Shown one piece after another: positions 1-14,492 of a stretch of 64,000 nucleotides of DNA. The stretch is from Octopus bimaculoides (Eukaryota), in contig NC_068982.1 in assembly GCF_001194135.2 (NCBI RefSeq), positions 115,323,065 through 115,387,064 on the forward strand. Reading direction: 5' to 3'. The notes beneath the pieces were generated by a model. It ran no database searches. It was not told the DNA's origin and worked only from the letters and a program-made list of their open reading frames with translations. Position numbers and translations under genes: made by a program. The first letter of the stretch is position 1. Each line of letters opens with the position of its first letter.

Positions 1-425
1 TTATACATTTAAAAATTTTTTTCATGAACCTAATTTGAGTTGTTTTAAAGGTTAATATTGGATAATAAATGATTTGTGAAGTGGTTTTGCACAGAAGTTT
101 ACTTGCAAAAGCACAAGAAAAACTGTAAAACTTGCTCATTGCAGTCAATTCTCTTTAGTTCATAGGAACTAGAATTACTACCACACAATGCAAAATTCTT
201 TTTCCAACCACACCTCTGGATTGTGGCAGCTGCAAATAAGCTAAATGCACATCTGTTGCATACATAATACTCCACTTATAGATTTCATTGTGACAGTTGT
301 ATTCCACCTGCCCATGGCAGGGTTTATATTTGCCTCTGACCACATTGCTTATTATTTGGAGATACTACCCTAGACAGTTTCTAGATCTGACTATTGAAAT
401 ACACCGATTTTGCAGTCGTCTAGAT

Positions 426-658
426 CAGGGGTTTTCAAACTGGTCCGCAAGGGCAAGATAGGGGTCAATTTGATTTTATATATGTTTTTCATGGGCAATT
501 TGATCTTATATATGTCTTTTAATCAAAATCTTTTGACAATAAACCTATTTGTTAAATAAATAAATGTAAAAAAAAAGTTATTATAAGCAAATATTTATGT
601 ATAAATTTCATAAGCGTTTATAAGGGGATCCGCAAGTCAAAAAGCTTGAAAACCCCTG
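426..658. mobile_element. hAT (Charlie/Buster-like) MITE, 233 bp
   Basis: 13-bp perfect TIR CAGGGGTTTTCAA (426-438 / 646-658); 8-bp TSD gtctagat (418-425) vs gtctaggt (659-666), matching the nTCTAGAn-type hAT target. Confidence 0.88.
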
Positions 659-1979
659 GTCTAGGTGACAAGCTTGACATGGAAGAAAACTTGATTTTTC
701 ATTGCCTTTCACCATATCCATCTCCCTATTGCTCTTGAGTAATTTAGTGTTTTGACAATTTAGATGCAATTGAGGTTGATATCAACTAAACTCTTCTAGA
801 AAAGTGTTCCAGCATGCCTGCTAACTAAAGCGAGTAAAACATGATCCATGCACAGCTTTCTAATGCCACTCTCACACTAACAGAACTCTTGTTTGACATG
901 ATATAAAGATCATGAGGATACATTGTAGAAGTGATTTTTATGTTATATCACTTCCACATATTTAAGATATTGATTCCTGAACATGGATTTTCCGCTCCAA
1001 ATCTCAATTTATATTCCAGTAATCTCAGCAAACTGTACGATAATTAGAAAAGCATGATAAGATATGCCTTCATCTACTAAAGTTGATAGAATGGCACGCA
1101 TCTCCTTCATCCCAACACAAATGCCTTCAGGAGAAAGCTGAAGAAAATTACCTAACAGGTTTTGTTCAGTTCAAATGTTTTGTGAGGTTTACATCGCTGT
1201 ATTGAACAGTAACTCATGTTCAGAATTGATAACAATCACACTTAATATCTCCCAGTCCAAATTCTCTAATACTTAACACCACTGAATTGTAATAACCACT
1301 ATGATGCACAAAACAAATGCATGTGGTGCAAAGAGGAAGGGTCTTTCTAAAATGAGGCCAAACTGTTTCTCATCTCGAACTTCTATTATAATTGCAATAT
1401 ATGCCACAGAAGAAGAAAAACTTTGCATGTCAACTGATAATTGTCCATTGATTATCACCAAAATAAGAAAATTAGCAATCAATGAACAAAGATCCTGGTA
1501 AGTATGTGTAAATTTATTTGGGTCATTTCAGTTATCTTGAAATGTAACATGGGTGCGTCTCAACAATATTGACGAAGCACATGGGCAGGACCATCATTGT
1601 AATTTTATCAATTATATAATTAAGTCTCTCATCCTTTAGGGGTCAATAAAATAAGTACCAGTTGAGCACTGGGGCCAATGTAATTGATTTTTCTCCTGCC
1701 CCTAAATTGTTGGCTTTGTATCAAAATTTGAAGTTATCACCACTAGTGTGTCAGCAATTGCTTTTTTTTACACTTCATTGAGACTGACTTTCAACATTTT
1801 TTATCATGATCTGCAACAGTAGTGAAGAATGATTGAGCACTTAATAGAAATATGCGGATAGGCCTGTGCTTAGTTCAGGAGTAAAAGTAATTTATGCATT
1901 GGCAGAGATGAATGGTGTGACGCTAGGAATGTTTGTACACCAGTGCTGGAGATCAGGAATAAAATCTCCTTGTTCAAAA

Positions 1980-2900
1980 ATGTGTACTTCATCTTGGATT
2001 GCATATTTTGGCAAAATGTGAGTTCAGTTTGAGATGTAGCAATTTCTAATAACCTGACTATTGTATACTGTAAGTCAAGACTTTCTGAGAGATGTCTGTG
2101 CTGCTGAAAGAAACCAGTTCAATTGCAGGAAGCTAATTAGCACATTTATGACCATTTGATCTTTGCTCAAGTAAAATGTACCATGGATTACATTATCCAA
2201 TGTGTCAAAGATATGTTAATATGTTCAGCTATTTTAGACCAAGATGAAAGCATAGATAACTGCTCAGTAGATATGATACTGCAGGCAGTATTCAATGAAG
2301 GAAACTAAAACCCATGAATTTTGTTGCAACTTAGAATAGTCTACAATTGCCTTTCACTTGAACTGAATGCCTGACCTCTCAGCTATCATATTATATATAA
2401 ACTTTCAACTGGATATATTACCTTTTAATGCTGCTTCTGTGAAAGCCTTATGTGTACACATTACCACTCCTTTGATGGGTTGCATACTTTTCATTTAACA
2501 CCATTTGAAATTTAAGATGTTCATACATCAGCAAGATTTCTACAAGTGACCGCAATTTCATAGTCACAAATCTGAGAACATCCATATATTCATGTTGTGT
2601 ATTTCAAGTTGATTACAAAGTTATTTCATGCTGAGGTGTACCAACATCGAACAAGTGGGTTGGTTAATTTAAATAACAAAATATTATTTTACCCAACTCA
2701 CCAACTGCTGAATAATGTCAAATACTCAGACACTGATTGGCTTGTCATACTTACCATGAAATATAGAAATATGCAATCGAGTATGGCAACCTTCCCAATT
2801 GCACCACCTTTTAAGTGATGGAAACAATTATTCAACACATTTTGAATTTCTGACCAAACAGCTACCATAATCATTCAGTACATTCTGTTGTCTTTCATCA
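1980..2900 (+). pseudogene. Heavily decayed hAT (Buster/ZBED5-like) transposase remnant
   Basis: Colinear fragments ISNN(x)TI (~2040), DESID..AQ (2243-2270; cf. DESTD..AQL), LFHAEV (2621-2638; cf. LLHTEVRWL) and DTDWLVIL; stops and frameshifts throughout. Confidence 0.5.
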
Positions 2901-5900
2901 GCAACTGCCCACATTTACTGAGCGAGGAGGATGTGTCAGCACTCAATAAGATTTTACTGTGTACTCTATAATCCTCTAAAGCTATAGAATCTGGAACATG
3001 ACAAAGCTGCCTAACTTTACACATCATCACTCTCCACTCCAACTATCATCAATCACACTTCTCTACATTGACAGCATTGAAACATCAATAAAACATCCAA
3101 CAATGGAGATAATGTCACACATACACTGAATTGTATTTCAATCTGCATTACATCTTTTGAAATGGAAATTTTTACAATTTGAATATCTAAGGACATCCTG
3201 TGAAGATGTGAATTTATTTGCCTCACTTTGTTACTCAGTTTTAATTCCATTTGTTGCAGTGTTTCTCTTTTTAACATTAAGTTATCTCAGAATGTTCTCA
3301 TTAATACTATATTGCCATCCCATTGACACATGCACAAAGAGAAAACCAACCACCTTCGTTCAAATGATATTATCAATCTAGATATTTGTATTTTTTATGA
3401 TCTCTAGCAATGCCATCTTATGTTGGTTATCAGCTGCATTTCTAATTTCTGTCATTTATCAGAACATATTTCTTTAGCTTCAAAATTGAAGGCTTTGTAA
3501 ATCATCTGTACACTAATTTACAGATATTTCCCAGGGATTAAACACAATTATCTACTAAATCTATAAAAGCAACTATGCTGCAGTCTGCCTAAACTTTCTG
3601 TTACCACATTCCTGTTATCTTATTGGTTAACCTCATGCAAAAATCAGGTCAAACGAAACGGATAAGCCAATCAAAAGTATAAGGACAGTTTGTTGATGCA
3701 GAGACAGGATTCCTATGCTTGTCTACCAGCATTTTGTGTTTTTAATATTTTTTTTTCTATTCTTTTAAAGCCAAAAGAACAAGGTATAGAGTGTTTACCA
3801 CTAATGTAGTCCTACAAGATCCATAAGATTCTGATAGAAGATGAATAATAATATCCAGCAGATGACCCAGACTGCCTTGATGATAAAAGTTTTATTGTAG
3901 AAAATGCTAAGAATGTACCTCAAAGGAGGTGGTGTTGCAGGCTTACTCTAACATAATTTGAGAAACATAAATTTGAATTCTTCTCAAAATTCTAAACAAA
4001 AACTGAATTGTTGAAGACTTAAACACTAGGCTCATTCATTCATCATTTAATATCTGTCTTTCATGATGGTATGGATTGAAGGGTTTGATAGCAGAGGGCT
4101 GCACCAGGCTCTATTTGTTTGGCTAGATCCCCTACCTAATGCCAATTGCTTCAGAGTGAACTGAATGCTTTTATGTGGCACAGACACAATTAGATGAAAT
4201 CCAAGCATTAACTGAACTGACTGTATATAGAATGTAGGACTTTCACACCTGAACTTTAGGTTATAATTTGGTTATTTCCTTGCTATGCAGACACTTCAAC
4301 ATGTTACTAATGACAAGAGCAAAACAAACACTGGAAAATAAATAGGTGCATCCAATGATAAACAGCTTGCTACAAATTTAGATTGTATTATATTAGGCAA
4401 ACACAAGGAGTAACTTAATTTCTTATTTATATACTATTTGATCACTAAGCAGCTTTTAATGACTAAATGAGGAACAAAATCTATTATGCTACATGTAGCA
4501 GCAACAGGATAGATTCTCAATGTTGCATCATTCACTAAAATATTAGATTTAGTAAGAAATAATGTCATCAGATGTCCATTTCTTGACAAAACCTACACCT
4601 TTGTTTGTGGTTTACCAACTCCTGAATGCCCAATACAAGCGAAAGAAAAGAAAAAAAAGAAGAAAGAAAGTAAACAAGGAGCTGAAACACTAAAGTGGCA
4701 CTGTAGAAAAAAAAATCTACTTTATATATGAAACTATCAGTCCAATGTAGCACATCTATATTTACAATGCATTCACAGGAGGTTGTGACAAAAGCAAGTT
4801 GGTTGAGCTCCACAAAAAAATGAAGCTCACAAGGTATGGTAACAGCCATTTTAAGATTTTTTTTTTTGAATGCTACAAATCCTACATCTTGTTAAATGTC
4901 CTCCAAATAAATATTTCATTAGATTCATCCTAATAAATTTATCAATCATAAACAATTGCTGTACAAGAAACAAACAATAAAAGCTTCTTGTAACAGGCCT
5001 TTAATCACAAAACCATGTGTTAAATGTAGTGAAAAGGAAAAAAGTACAAGAATAGTCCTAGTGTAGTACACAAAACTAATCCTTACAAACTAAACAAGGC
5101 TACCATTTCATACTACCTGTGTAAAAAACATCAGTACATAAAAGGTCCCACCCCCTTGTATACGGTTGACATGATTAACAGAGCAGACTAGTTAAAGAAA
5201 TTCACTCTAAATATATATATATATTAGACTTCACCCTTGAAATGTAAGCTCTATTTCGAAAAATGTTTTGGTGCAGCCGTTTCTGTTGGCATAATTTTCA
5301 TGATGTTTGAAATGAGCAGAATAAACACTACTCTTACAAATGATGTTATAGGTAGTAGATTGCTGATTTAATTTTATGAAAATCAGCAAATTCCATTTCG
5401 CCAATATTAAGGCATTGACAAATGCTGTATCATCGACACAGCCGAAACTCAATTCTACAGTAATTTGAATTAAGTCATTCTCAACACGAGCAGTTTTCTA
5501 GTATTGTATTGAGTTCCCTGCCAACGTCATGCTCTTCAAAATCTGACATAATAGTAGTTTTTCATAAGGGCTGCTCTCCTTACAACTTAAATCACCTTTA
5601 ACAACAGACTAGTTCAATGACTCTGGAATCATCTCATGGCAAGCTTACATGTTGCCCATTTCAGATATACTAGGTGTATGTGTATTTCAATTATATTGAT
5701 GGAAATTTTCAAAATTTCACCTACTTTTCCAAAGTAGGTGAACAAAGCTAGCAGTAAAAAGTTGTAATAAAAGAATAACAAAATCTGTGAAATTTGCAAT
5801 CCTCCTCGCATTACTAGTAATCAAGAAGTTTATTGCATTGGAAGTAGAACATGAATCAGTAGCTCTCAGTGAGAGTCAGATGGTTCACTTAGGTAACTGT

Positions 5901-6594
5901 AACAGCAAGCACATTCCGTGTATGGATGTCTCGAGCTTTGTAAAGGATTAGCAACTGATCAGGTATGAAATCATTTCTAGCATTGAAAACCATTAACATT
6001 TTATTGGAGGCTCCTATGAGCAGGTAAATCTGAGGTATTTTTAGCTAATCTTCCTGACACTATGTACTCATACCCTCAGCTCAATATTTTCTCTTTCTTA
6101 TCCATCTAGGAGAGGAAGAGCAAAACACACATATAACACAAAAAAAGTGGAGATCGGCAACAAATACCATGTTTGGAAAGTAGGAAGAAATAAAACACAC
6201 CAGATCAGACCATACAAAATTAATCACTGCATCATGTGCAGATCTGGAGTTATGGGGCATGGTTGTTTGGCCAACTATTTATTACACCATAAGCAGCTGT
6301 AAGCACGATAATAACATATTACTAAGAAACTACACAATATATAATTTTAGAGTTAGATTTTTGACAGAACAAGTAAATATGGAGTAAAGTTTTGCACAGC
6401 CTATAACAATACATTCTTGACAGATAAGTACAGGTCTAATGGTAAAAAGAGTCAAACATATTCTTTAATGACATTTATTATCTAAAAGTTGTAAATTATC
6501 AAAATAAATCTTTGGTGATACAGTGTATTTGTGTTGTGTATATGATGTAACTTTCATGGAGACTAAAAGCAAGGTACAGTAAAGTTACCTTCTG

Positions 6595-6662
6595 AGGTCA
6601 TACCAACTCATAAGGGCTGATTTCCCCAGTTTCATGGCGTATATATATATATATACATACAT

Positions 6663-6704
<42 letters not shown>

Positions 6705-6860
6705 CCCACTTGAACAGGATACTGGTCCGTTTCAGGATTACCCATTTTTGCTAGTTGAGTGGACTGGAACAACGTGAAATATTCTGCTCAAGAACATGTC
6801 ACCTGATCTAGGAATTGAAACCACAATCTTACAATGCAATACCCTTACCGCTAAGCCACC
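6595..6860 (-). mobile_element. tRNA-head SINE fragment interrupted by a (TA)n microsatellite (~6649-6701)
   Basis: Minus-strand head with A-box-like tggcttagcgg and B-box-like gtttcaattcc, followed by the gtggactggaacaacgtgaaat core. Confidence 0.55.
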
Positions 6861-9800
6861 ACTTTCATTGAGACTAACTCATGACGATGTCTCTATTAGG
6901 AGCAGTTTGACAAGCCTGTTCTCAGCTCAGAATTATATATCTGGATTTATATAGAGCTGTTAAAAATTTTTTTTTTACAAGAACCAACTTCTTTTGTATT
7001 AGCTTATATGGAGAAAATACTATTCCACAAGAATTTCTACATAAAACAAGTTGACACTGAAATGGCACTTCCTTCTCAAAATTCAAAGAAAGCAGTATGG
7101 GTACAAACACACTGATGGCATTGCATAAGCCGATGTTGTAAAGCCAGATAGTCAAATTATTTTGAAATCCTTTAAGTGTTAATTACAGTATATAGCACCC
7201 TTAACATCTATGACAATGATTTATGACTATAAACATACATTAGGCAGAAATGAAATAGAGAGAGAGAGAAAAAAAAAGCCCCAAAACAATACAACCCAAT
7301 GTGAAAGAGATAAAGTGTTCCCTTTAAGCATTGTAGCTGTAATACCAATACAAGGTAAATATCCCAGTGATAACAAGATTAAATAAATAGAAAAGAAGTA
7401 ATTTGTGGGCAAAGAGGAAGATATTGGTTTACAATTTATTTCATATATATATATATATTATATATACATACATACACACACACTTCAACAAACAAACGTA
7501 AGTGGTGCAACAACAGATGGAACATTCAGAATAAGTAAGGACCTAAATGCTGCAAATCAGCTAACTCAACACCACATAATTTAATGGAGTGGAGTGACGG
7601 ATGAGAGGAAAATTTGGAAAGACACATGAATTTCTAAACATTTGGTCGTACTTTGACTAAGTAGTACACCCAATGAGGTATTGACTTAACTCAAATATTA
7701 ACAATATTTCAGTCTGCGACTGAATATTAGGAAACTCAAGGTTAAGTATGTTATGCCAATACATGTTAAGATTTGATATTAGAACAATATGTAGCATTAT
7801 ATTGAAAATTAGGGAAACATGGCACTAAACCTACGAAAGTAAAGCATAAGTTTAACAGATACCAATTCCTGAAAGAAAAGTACAATTGTGAAGGGATCCT
7901 ATATAATGTATGATGCAGTTTGAATAGCTTGCTTTGACATTTACTATCAGCACTCTAAAGAGAAAAAAAAAATAAACAGTGGCAGTCTAAAAGATAAAAA
8001 TATTTCCAGCAGTTTCAATTGCTACAAAAAACAAAACTATGAGGAGCATTAAATTCCAGTGTTAAACCACTTAATTTTGACAATCTTTCAAAACTTAATA
8101 TCCCTGTATAAAGCAATTTCAGCAAAAACACAGGTCTTCAATCTGTTACAAATAGCGAACAAAATCACCTTCAAATCATACCTCGATCATCCAACAAAAA
8201 AGTGAGCACAATGCAGTCCTAGATACATAAATAGATGGAATAGCTTCACCTGAAGCACTGTTGATGCCAATTGTACTATGAGCTGATTGGGAATTAAACA
8301 ACAACAACCTAACATTTATCAATACGGAGTTACTTTCTGAAAGAATTTGCAGACCTGTAGAACATTGCCAAAAAAATTACTTATAACCCGGTTAACATGA
8401 TCTAAAATAATCAATACTTTTCTCATCATTAAGAAAAGAAATTTTAAAAACCCCACCACAATTATTTATAAGTGCACTGCATGTTGACCTACACGGAAAA
8501 ATATCCATTCAATAAAATACAATGCTCTACATTTTGTTAATACATCAATCTCTTAAACGAGTTAAGCTTTTGCACTTTTATCTATAGCAGGCAGGATGAA
8601 CCTCTATTCACAATTGCTTAAGAATAAATACAAAACTGTCAGAACATTATTTATACAGACTGTCCAAGGAATTCTAAACACTTTTACATCTCACATGTGT
8701 GCATGCACAAATATGCAGAGTAACACGTGAGAGCTGGCTCTCATGAGAAGTATTTGAAATACCAAACCCATCCAGCAAATCCCACAATTATAAAAAAAAA
8801 GAGAATCATAAAACTTAAATAAAGACACACACACAGAAGAAATTCTACCAATTCTGATGAAACAATAGAGGAAGAGAAAAAAAATTAGAGCAATGACAAT
8901 ACTGAATACAATCAAAACCAAGATTTACAACAATAAAACTACTGGCAGAGATAACTTTGATTTCAAATAAATTTTTAATCACTACAAAAGCAAATTATTC
9001 TTTTGCCACTAATTATCCCTTCCCTAACTTACTGGACTATAGAACAAAATCAAGAGTACATCAGATAAATATCAAGAGCTCTTTTCCAACAATATTGCTC
9101 ACAGGACATGCCTATATAAGTTAGCATATTATGATCACCACCAACCAGGCACTAATAAAATTTAATTGCTGATTAGTGCAGATTTTAACATGCAATAACA
9201 CTGAGATCCAAAAGCCATGGTTTGGCAGTTTTATAGAAAATGAAATGATGCACCAAAGGAGATTTAAGGGGCCAATAAGATATTACAAATGGGCATTTCT
9301 TCCTTTTTCTTTTATACGAGATGAGAATGTGTATAAAAATCATATATTTCTTATAGATATTTGGTTTTAATTTCAACTGAAAATTGAAATCTAACTAAAA
9401 CTAGCTAAACTGAAATTGTAATAAATAGAATACAAGAAACATAAATAAGTAGCACATTTTGGTTGGTTAAGTGTTGTGTTACTTATCACATCATTAAATA
9501 GTAAAGAAAATAGCACATTGCTGCCAGCAACAGAGACTTTGCGAAAGTGCTGAACACTTTGCTAACCTGCAATTAATTGATAAACAACCTTTACTACAGC
9601 TGTCAATTAAACATCTCATTTCTTTTCTAGAATCTAGCCCACATTTAATGACACTTAAAAAAATCTAATTTAAGCTAAATAGAGAAAATTAATTTGTTCA
9701 TTTTATTCTTAGCTATGACATATCTTTTTGCTAATACAACTTTCAAAATATTGTTTACTATATCCCTTCAATATAAAGATAAGTTACAAACTGAAAGGGA

Positions 9801-12800
9801 GAGTAAGAGAGTTTTCAAAATTTGTATTTGACACTGTATGGTGCTCTTAAAATACAGTGGAATTTATTATAAATTAATTGCACAAATAAATTTTTAATAA
9901 ATAAACTTCATCACTTTGCAGCAGGGACAGAGAGGAAATAGAACTACCGTAGTAAAATTAACTGAAACTATCAGTAGCCTAGTGATGGCCTCTGTTAACT
10001 TCAATTATACTGAACCAGTGTTGTACATTAGTTGAGAGCTCTTTTTTGCAAAATAAAACAAAACATTGGGAGGACTTTTTTTTTTTTTTTGTTACTCTTG
10101 GGAATCTCCCTCTCTCAGATCTATCAACATACAACTTTCTTTTTGTCCTTAAAAACTGAAAGGTGTTACTAATGTTATTAGAAATACGTTACTTAAATAT
10201 TTTGCTCAATATTTAAGATATCAAAGCGAATGCAAGGATAACTTACACAAACACTCATTAATATCCAATCTATATTAATATCTAACAAATTATAATTTGG
10301 CATGTGTATCCTACAAATAAACACTGGAGAAGAGAGAAAAGCTACTAATAATATTCTAAAAGAAAATTTTAAAAATTGAACCCACAGCCAGAATAATAGC
10401 AAATAATTTAAAATTACATTGAAAATATAAGTAGTAAGGATGTGTATGTATGTATATATATATATATTTGCATGTATATAAATAAAAAGTAAATAATAAA
10501 TAAAATGGTAGAATGAGTCATTTTCAGTTGAAAATCAAAAATTCCATGTGCTTCAAATCTGAACAAAATTTTGGTGAAATAAATTAGGCGATTCCCAATG
10601 TGAGTCAATAAAATGCAATAAAGTTTTTCATGTGACAGTTGTATCAAGGTACAGGTTTTGAATGCAAGTGCATATTATTATTGTATGATTGAGAATGACA
10701 GGCGGTGACTGTAAAAGTCAAACTACACTATATTACATCACCCAACTATTGGAACACTTAAGTTTGCATGAAACTATTTAAGGTAAATATAATCCTCCAG
10801 TTTCAAATAATGTTCATGATAGAATGAAAAATATCCTGTGAAACAACATAAGGATATTTGATTTTAATGGAGATTGATTATATACAAAAGTTGTACAATT
10901 AAACTAAACCCGAGGTTCCATTAATTTATGAAAGTTTAATACTTATTTATTGAGATTAATAATGGGAAGTGAAGGAAACTTAAGGAAATACAGCCTTATC
11001 TTTTTAATGTATGGGTATTAACAACTGTCACATGGTCAACTAAAGAGAATCCACATAAATGAATGTAAGTAAAACTCTGAATAAGGAATTCAGGCTTTTA
11101 TTTCTGAGTTTGATACAAAAATAGTCATGCTGAGAATAACTAAAGCTGATATCAGTGGATGCCAAAATAACCAATGTGTGGAAAGAAGAGAAAGAAAATT
11201 ACTCATTCTTTATACAGGGGTGGACTTTAAAGTGAGACAAACTTAATGAAATTATATTGTCTAAAATCGATTTAAGTAATTCCAAATCATTTAAAAATAA
11301 TATTTAAACATTTTCTCTCTTCCACCATTGATTTTTTTTTTAAAATTTAAATTAAATGCTTTTGAATATTTACAATATTCTAATAAATTCTAGCAAGGGT
11401 TTTTTAAATATACTAATTTTTAACTTTTAAAAATATTCCTATCACAGAAAGATCATTGTCCCATGATAATAGCTAAGCAAAATTTCACAGGTCAACTAAT
11501 TTTTAAAAAAATCCAAATAAATAACTTTGCTATACACAATAACATCACAAGTTTATCAAGCATGTTTTTAATATCCCCCTTTCCATCTCATTTCTCAAAA
11601 AGTTTTATGTCATGCGACAACTAGCTCCATTTTTGTTTAAATAAATCTACGAAATTTTCTTGAAAACAATATTTAAACTGTTCGATGTCAACTAAGTATA
11701 CACAGCCAGATTCAGATAAAGGCTGTCATTGTCGACATGAAGGAATACAAAATCTAAGTTATAAAAATATTTAGAATACTTGGTACTCACCATGTAGCGA
11801 GACACTAATGTCATTGCAAACAGGGAATAGTTTACATTGTCTGAAACAGGGCACTCAATTCCAGAAACATAATTCATGCATGTTAAACAAATATATACTG
11901 AATTCGAATACAATATGGTGTATAATGCCCACCAATTACTTAAGCATGAGATACACTAGTGTTTGTTGTAAATATCCAATGATATGGCTTACACAAATGC
12001 AATTAAAGCCAAAACAGCACATGAGAGGAGTGATAAGATTGCAACCCTGCATCATGCAAAATAATTGGTATAAACAATAAAAAAACAAAACAAAACAAAA
12101 CAAAAAAAAAACAGTAAATACTAGCTTAATTATCAAAAATATTTAAATTATAAAGAATATCCAGTTTTATTCTAGATATTTGCACCATGTATATTAAACA
12201 GAGCCTACAACATAAACCTCCAATGCTAAAACTAGGGAGATGAAATCATATTCATGTTTTGGGAAAAAAAAAAAAAAAAATTACTGTTACTACAGATAAA
12301 TTGGAAAAAGGATATTTAGATTAACTAGAGCAATATACAGTTGACAAAAACAGCATATAATAAAATAATTTAATATTAAAAAAATTTTTAAATGCATATC
12401 AAATGTCTGCAATAATCCATCTAATTGATAGTATCTAGACATTCAAGTAAATTACATTTATATTATTCAAACCACACATGAAATGCGTACTACAGAATTA
12501 CAATTTACCCTTAAAATTTTTTAAGCAATCACCTATATATTTAAAAAATATTTTAATGTTAAACAATCTATATAGCAAATAAATATATGTAGACAATAAA
12601 ATATATCAAAGTTAGAGAAACCTTAGAAACATACCAAGATATTTGTGGTTGTGGTTATAGCATCAAGGTTCCAATGGGTTCTTTTAATCCAAGCTAAGCA
12701 TGGCTCCACTAGATAGTGAACAGCAGCCCAAACCCACTGGTTGATGTGCTCTAGATACACCAGCAAAAGGGACCAAGGCATCTTCTACTGTTTAGTAGGA

Positions 12801-14309
12801 GTGGGACCATTAAAAACAATTATTACAATGGCTTTTTACATTAACCACTAAACAATTGAGAGGAATACATGTCACATGTGCAACATTTATATTATTCAAT
12901 TTTCAAAACGTTTTACTAAAATAATCACCTAACAAAACAAAAACAACATAGCTGTAAGAATGATAGATATATTGTAATCTCAAACCATGATTGACAGGGG
13001 TATAAAAATCAGACATTTTCTAGTGAAATAAGAAATAACATCAAAAACAAACCAGACAGTAGCAATACAAACATCCTAATCACTTAAACTCTGCAGATGA
13101 ATGAATAAATAAGTCAAATAGTTCAGCAACCAATATCAAACATTGCATATTCAAGTAAAAATAAATATAATAATGCAAGTCTAAAGAGAAAGTGATCAAT
13201 ATTAAAACATCCAAATAATTGAAAATTAGCATGAAATAAAAAGTGGAAAGTTGTAAAGGAAGAGCTAAGCTAATAGCAGTTGCATATATCTTAAACTGTT
13301 TAAATGAGGGGGTAAGAAAAAAAAAAAAAAAAAAAAGTGGGCAGAAAACAATTCCTTCCACTTCTATTCCAATACTTTTTAAATTTTTGGATTAGCATAA
13401 TCATGATAGAACAAATAAGATCGGAATAACTCAAAGAGCAGTAATATTTCAGTAGGTAGTAATAATTCAAGTTCCAATCTAAAAAATGCTCACCTAATAA
13501 TAACATCTAATTTCATATAGACTCAAAAGTCAATGTGCACCGCATTGATTTTTTTTCTTTTTCTAAAAGTAATTTGGGTCAAAATGAAGTCAATAAATGA
13601 ACAACGTAAGACATTTTGACATGCAAGAGAAAGAATATACAGCATATAACACACCTTGGTTTTGCTGATAATTATTCATGAATTATGGAATACTATTCCA
13701 ATTCACAAAGACTCAATTGATTTTAAAATTCATCAGATCCTAGCAAAAACAGAACTTATCAGATCTTCAAATCAAATATTTTTTTTTGCTTGACTAAGTT
13801 TAAAAAAAGAAAAAAAGAAAAAGAAAAAAAAAGAAAAAGAACCAATAATTTTATAAAACATGTTCATATACACACACACATTATGTTCATACACACACAC
13901 ACAAAATAAAATAAACAAAAATAAAAATTAAACAGTTAATAGAGACCAGGAAATAAATATATATTGCACATACTTAAATATATAAAATAGATATACATTC
14001 AAAACAGTTCTTTTAGTGATTCATATAGTTACAGTTACTGTAATCTTAAATAAGTCAGATACTTAGTTTGTCACTTTTTTTGCAAGAAAAAAGTAATTAA
14101 CAATGCAGTCGGTAATTGCTTTACCACACAATACTGTATATACATGCAATTAAACAAACCTGTAATAGTTACCAAGAACACAAAGCCACCTCTAACTGCA
14201 CCACACCTGACTAAATAAAGGAGCCATCAAACCATATCTCAAAATCAGGCTAATGTAACCTAACGTATATACACAATACTATCCAAATTAATAATTATTG
14301 CTAGCATAG

Positions 14310-14492
14310 GCATAAGGCCTGCATTGAGGGGGGAGAGGGAGGTGACTATATTCATCTCAACAGTTCACGGGTACTTTATCAATCCCAAAAGGATAAAAGG
14401 CAAAATTAACTGGCAGTATTTGAGCTCAGAATTTAAGGAGTTGAAAGAAATACTAGATGATATTTTGTCCAACGTTGTAACTATTTAACAAA
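14310..14492 (-). mobile_element. Decayed SINE fragment
   Basis: ggcataaggcctgc...aaaggataaaaggcaaa...tttgagctcagaa pattern; shares segments with 57477-57626. Confidence 0.5.

Noticed and set aside
700-1120. Possible second hAT transposase remnant on the minus strand (YRTV.., DLERKIHV)
   Set aside because: Similarity too weak to support without a search
1301-1505. Plus-strand ORF ending at a CTG|gtaagt donor-like site
   Set aside because: No matching acceptor or partner exons, and no recognisable protein; lies among transposon debris
5360-5389. 10-bp perfect hairpin (ttgctgattt/aaatcagcaa)
   Set aside because: Short and AT-rich; no SECIS or miRNA-like features; expected by chance in 64 kb
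8182-8218. 37-nt exon-like segment (tctag|...GAG|gtatga)
   Set aside because: Isolated motif pair at a frequency compatible with chance
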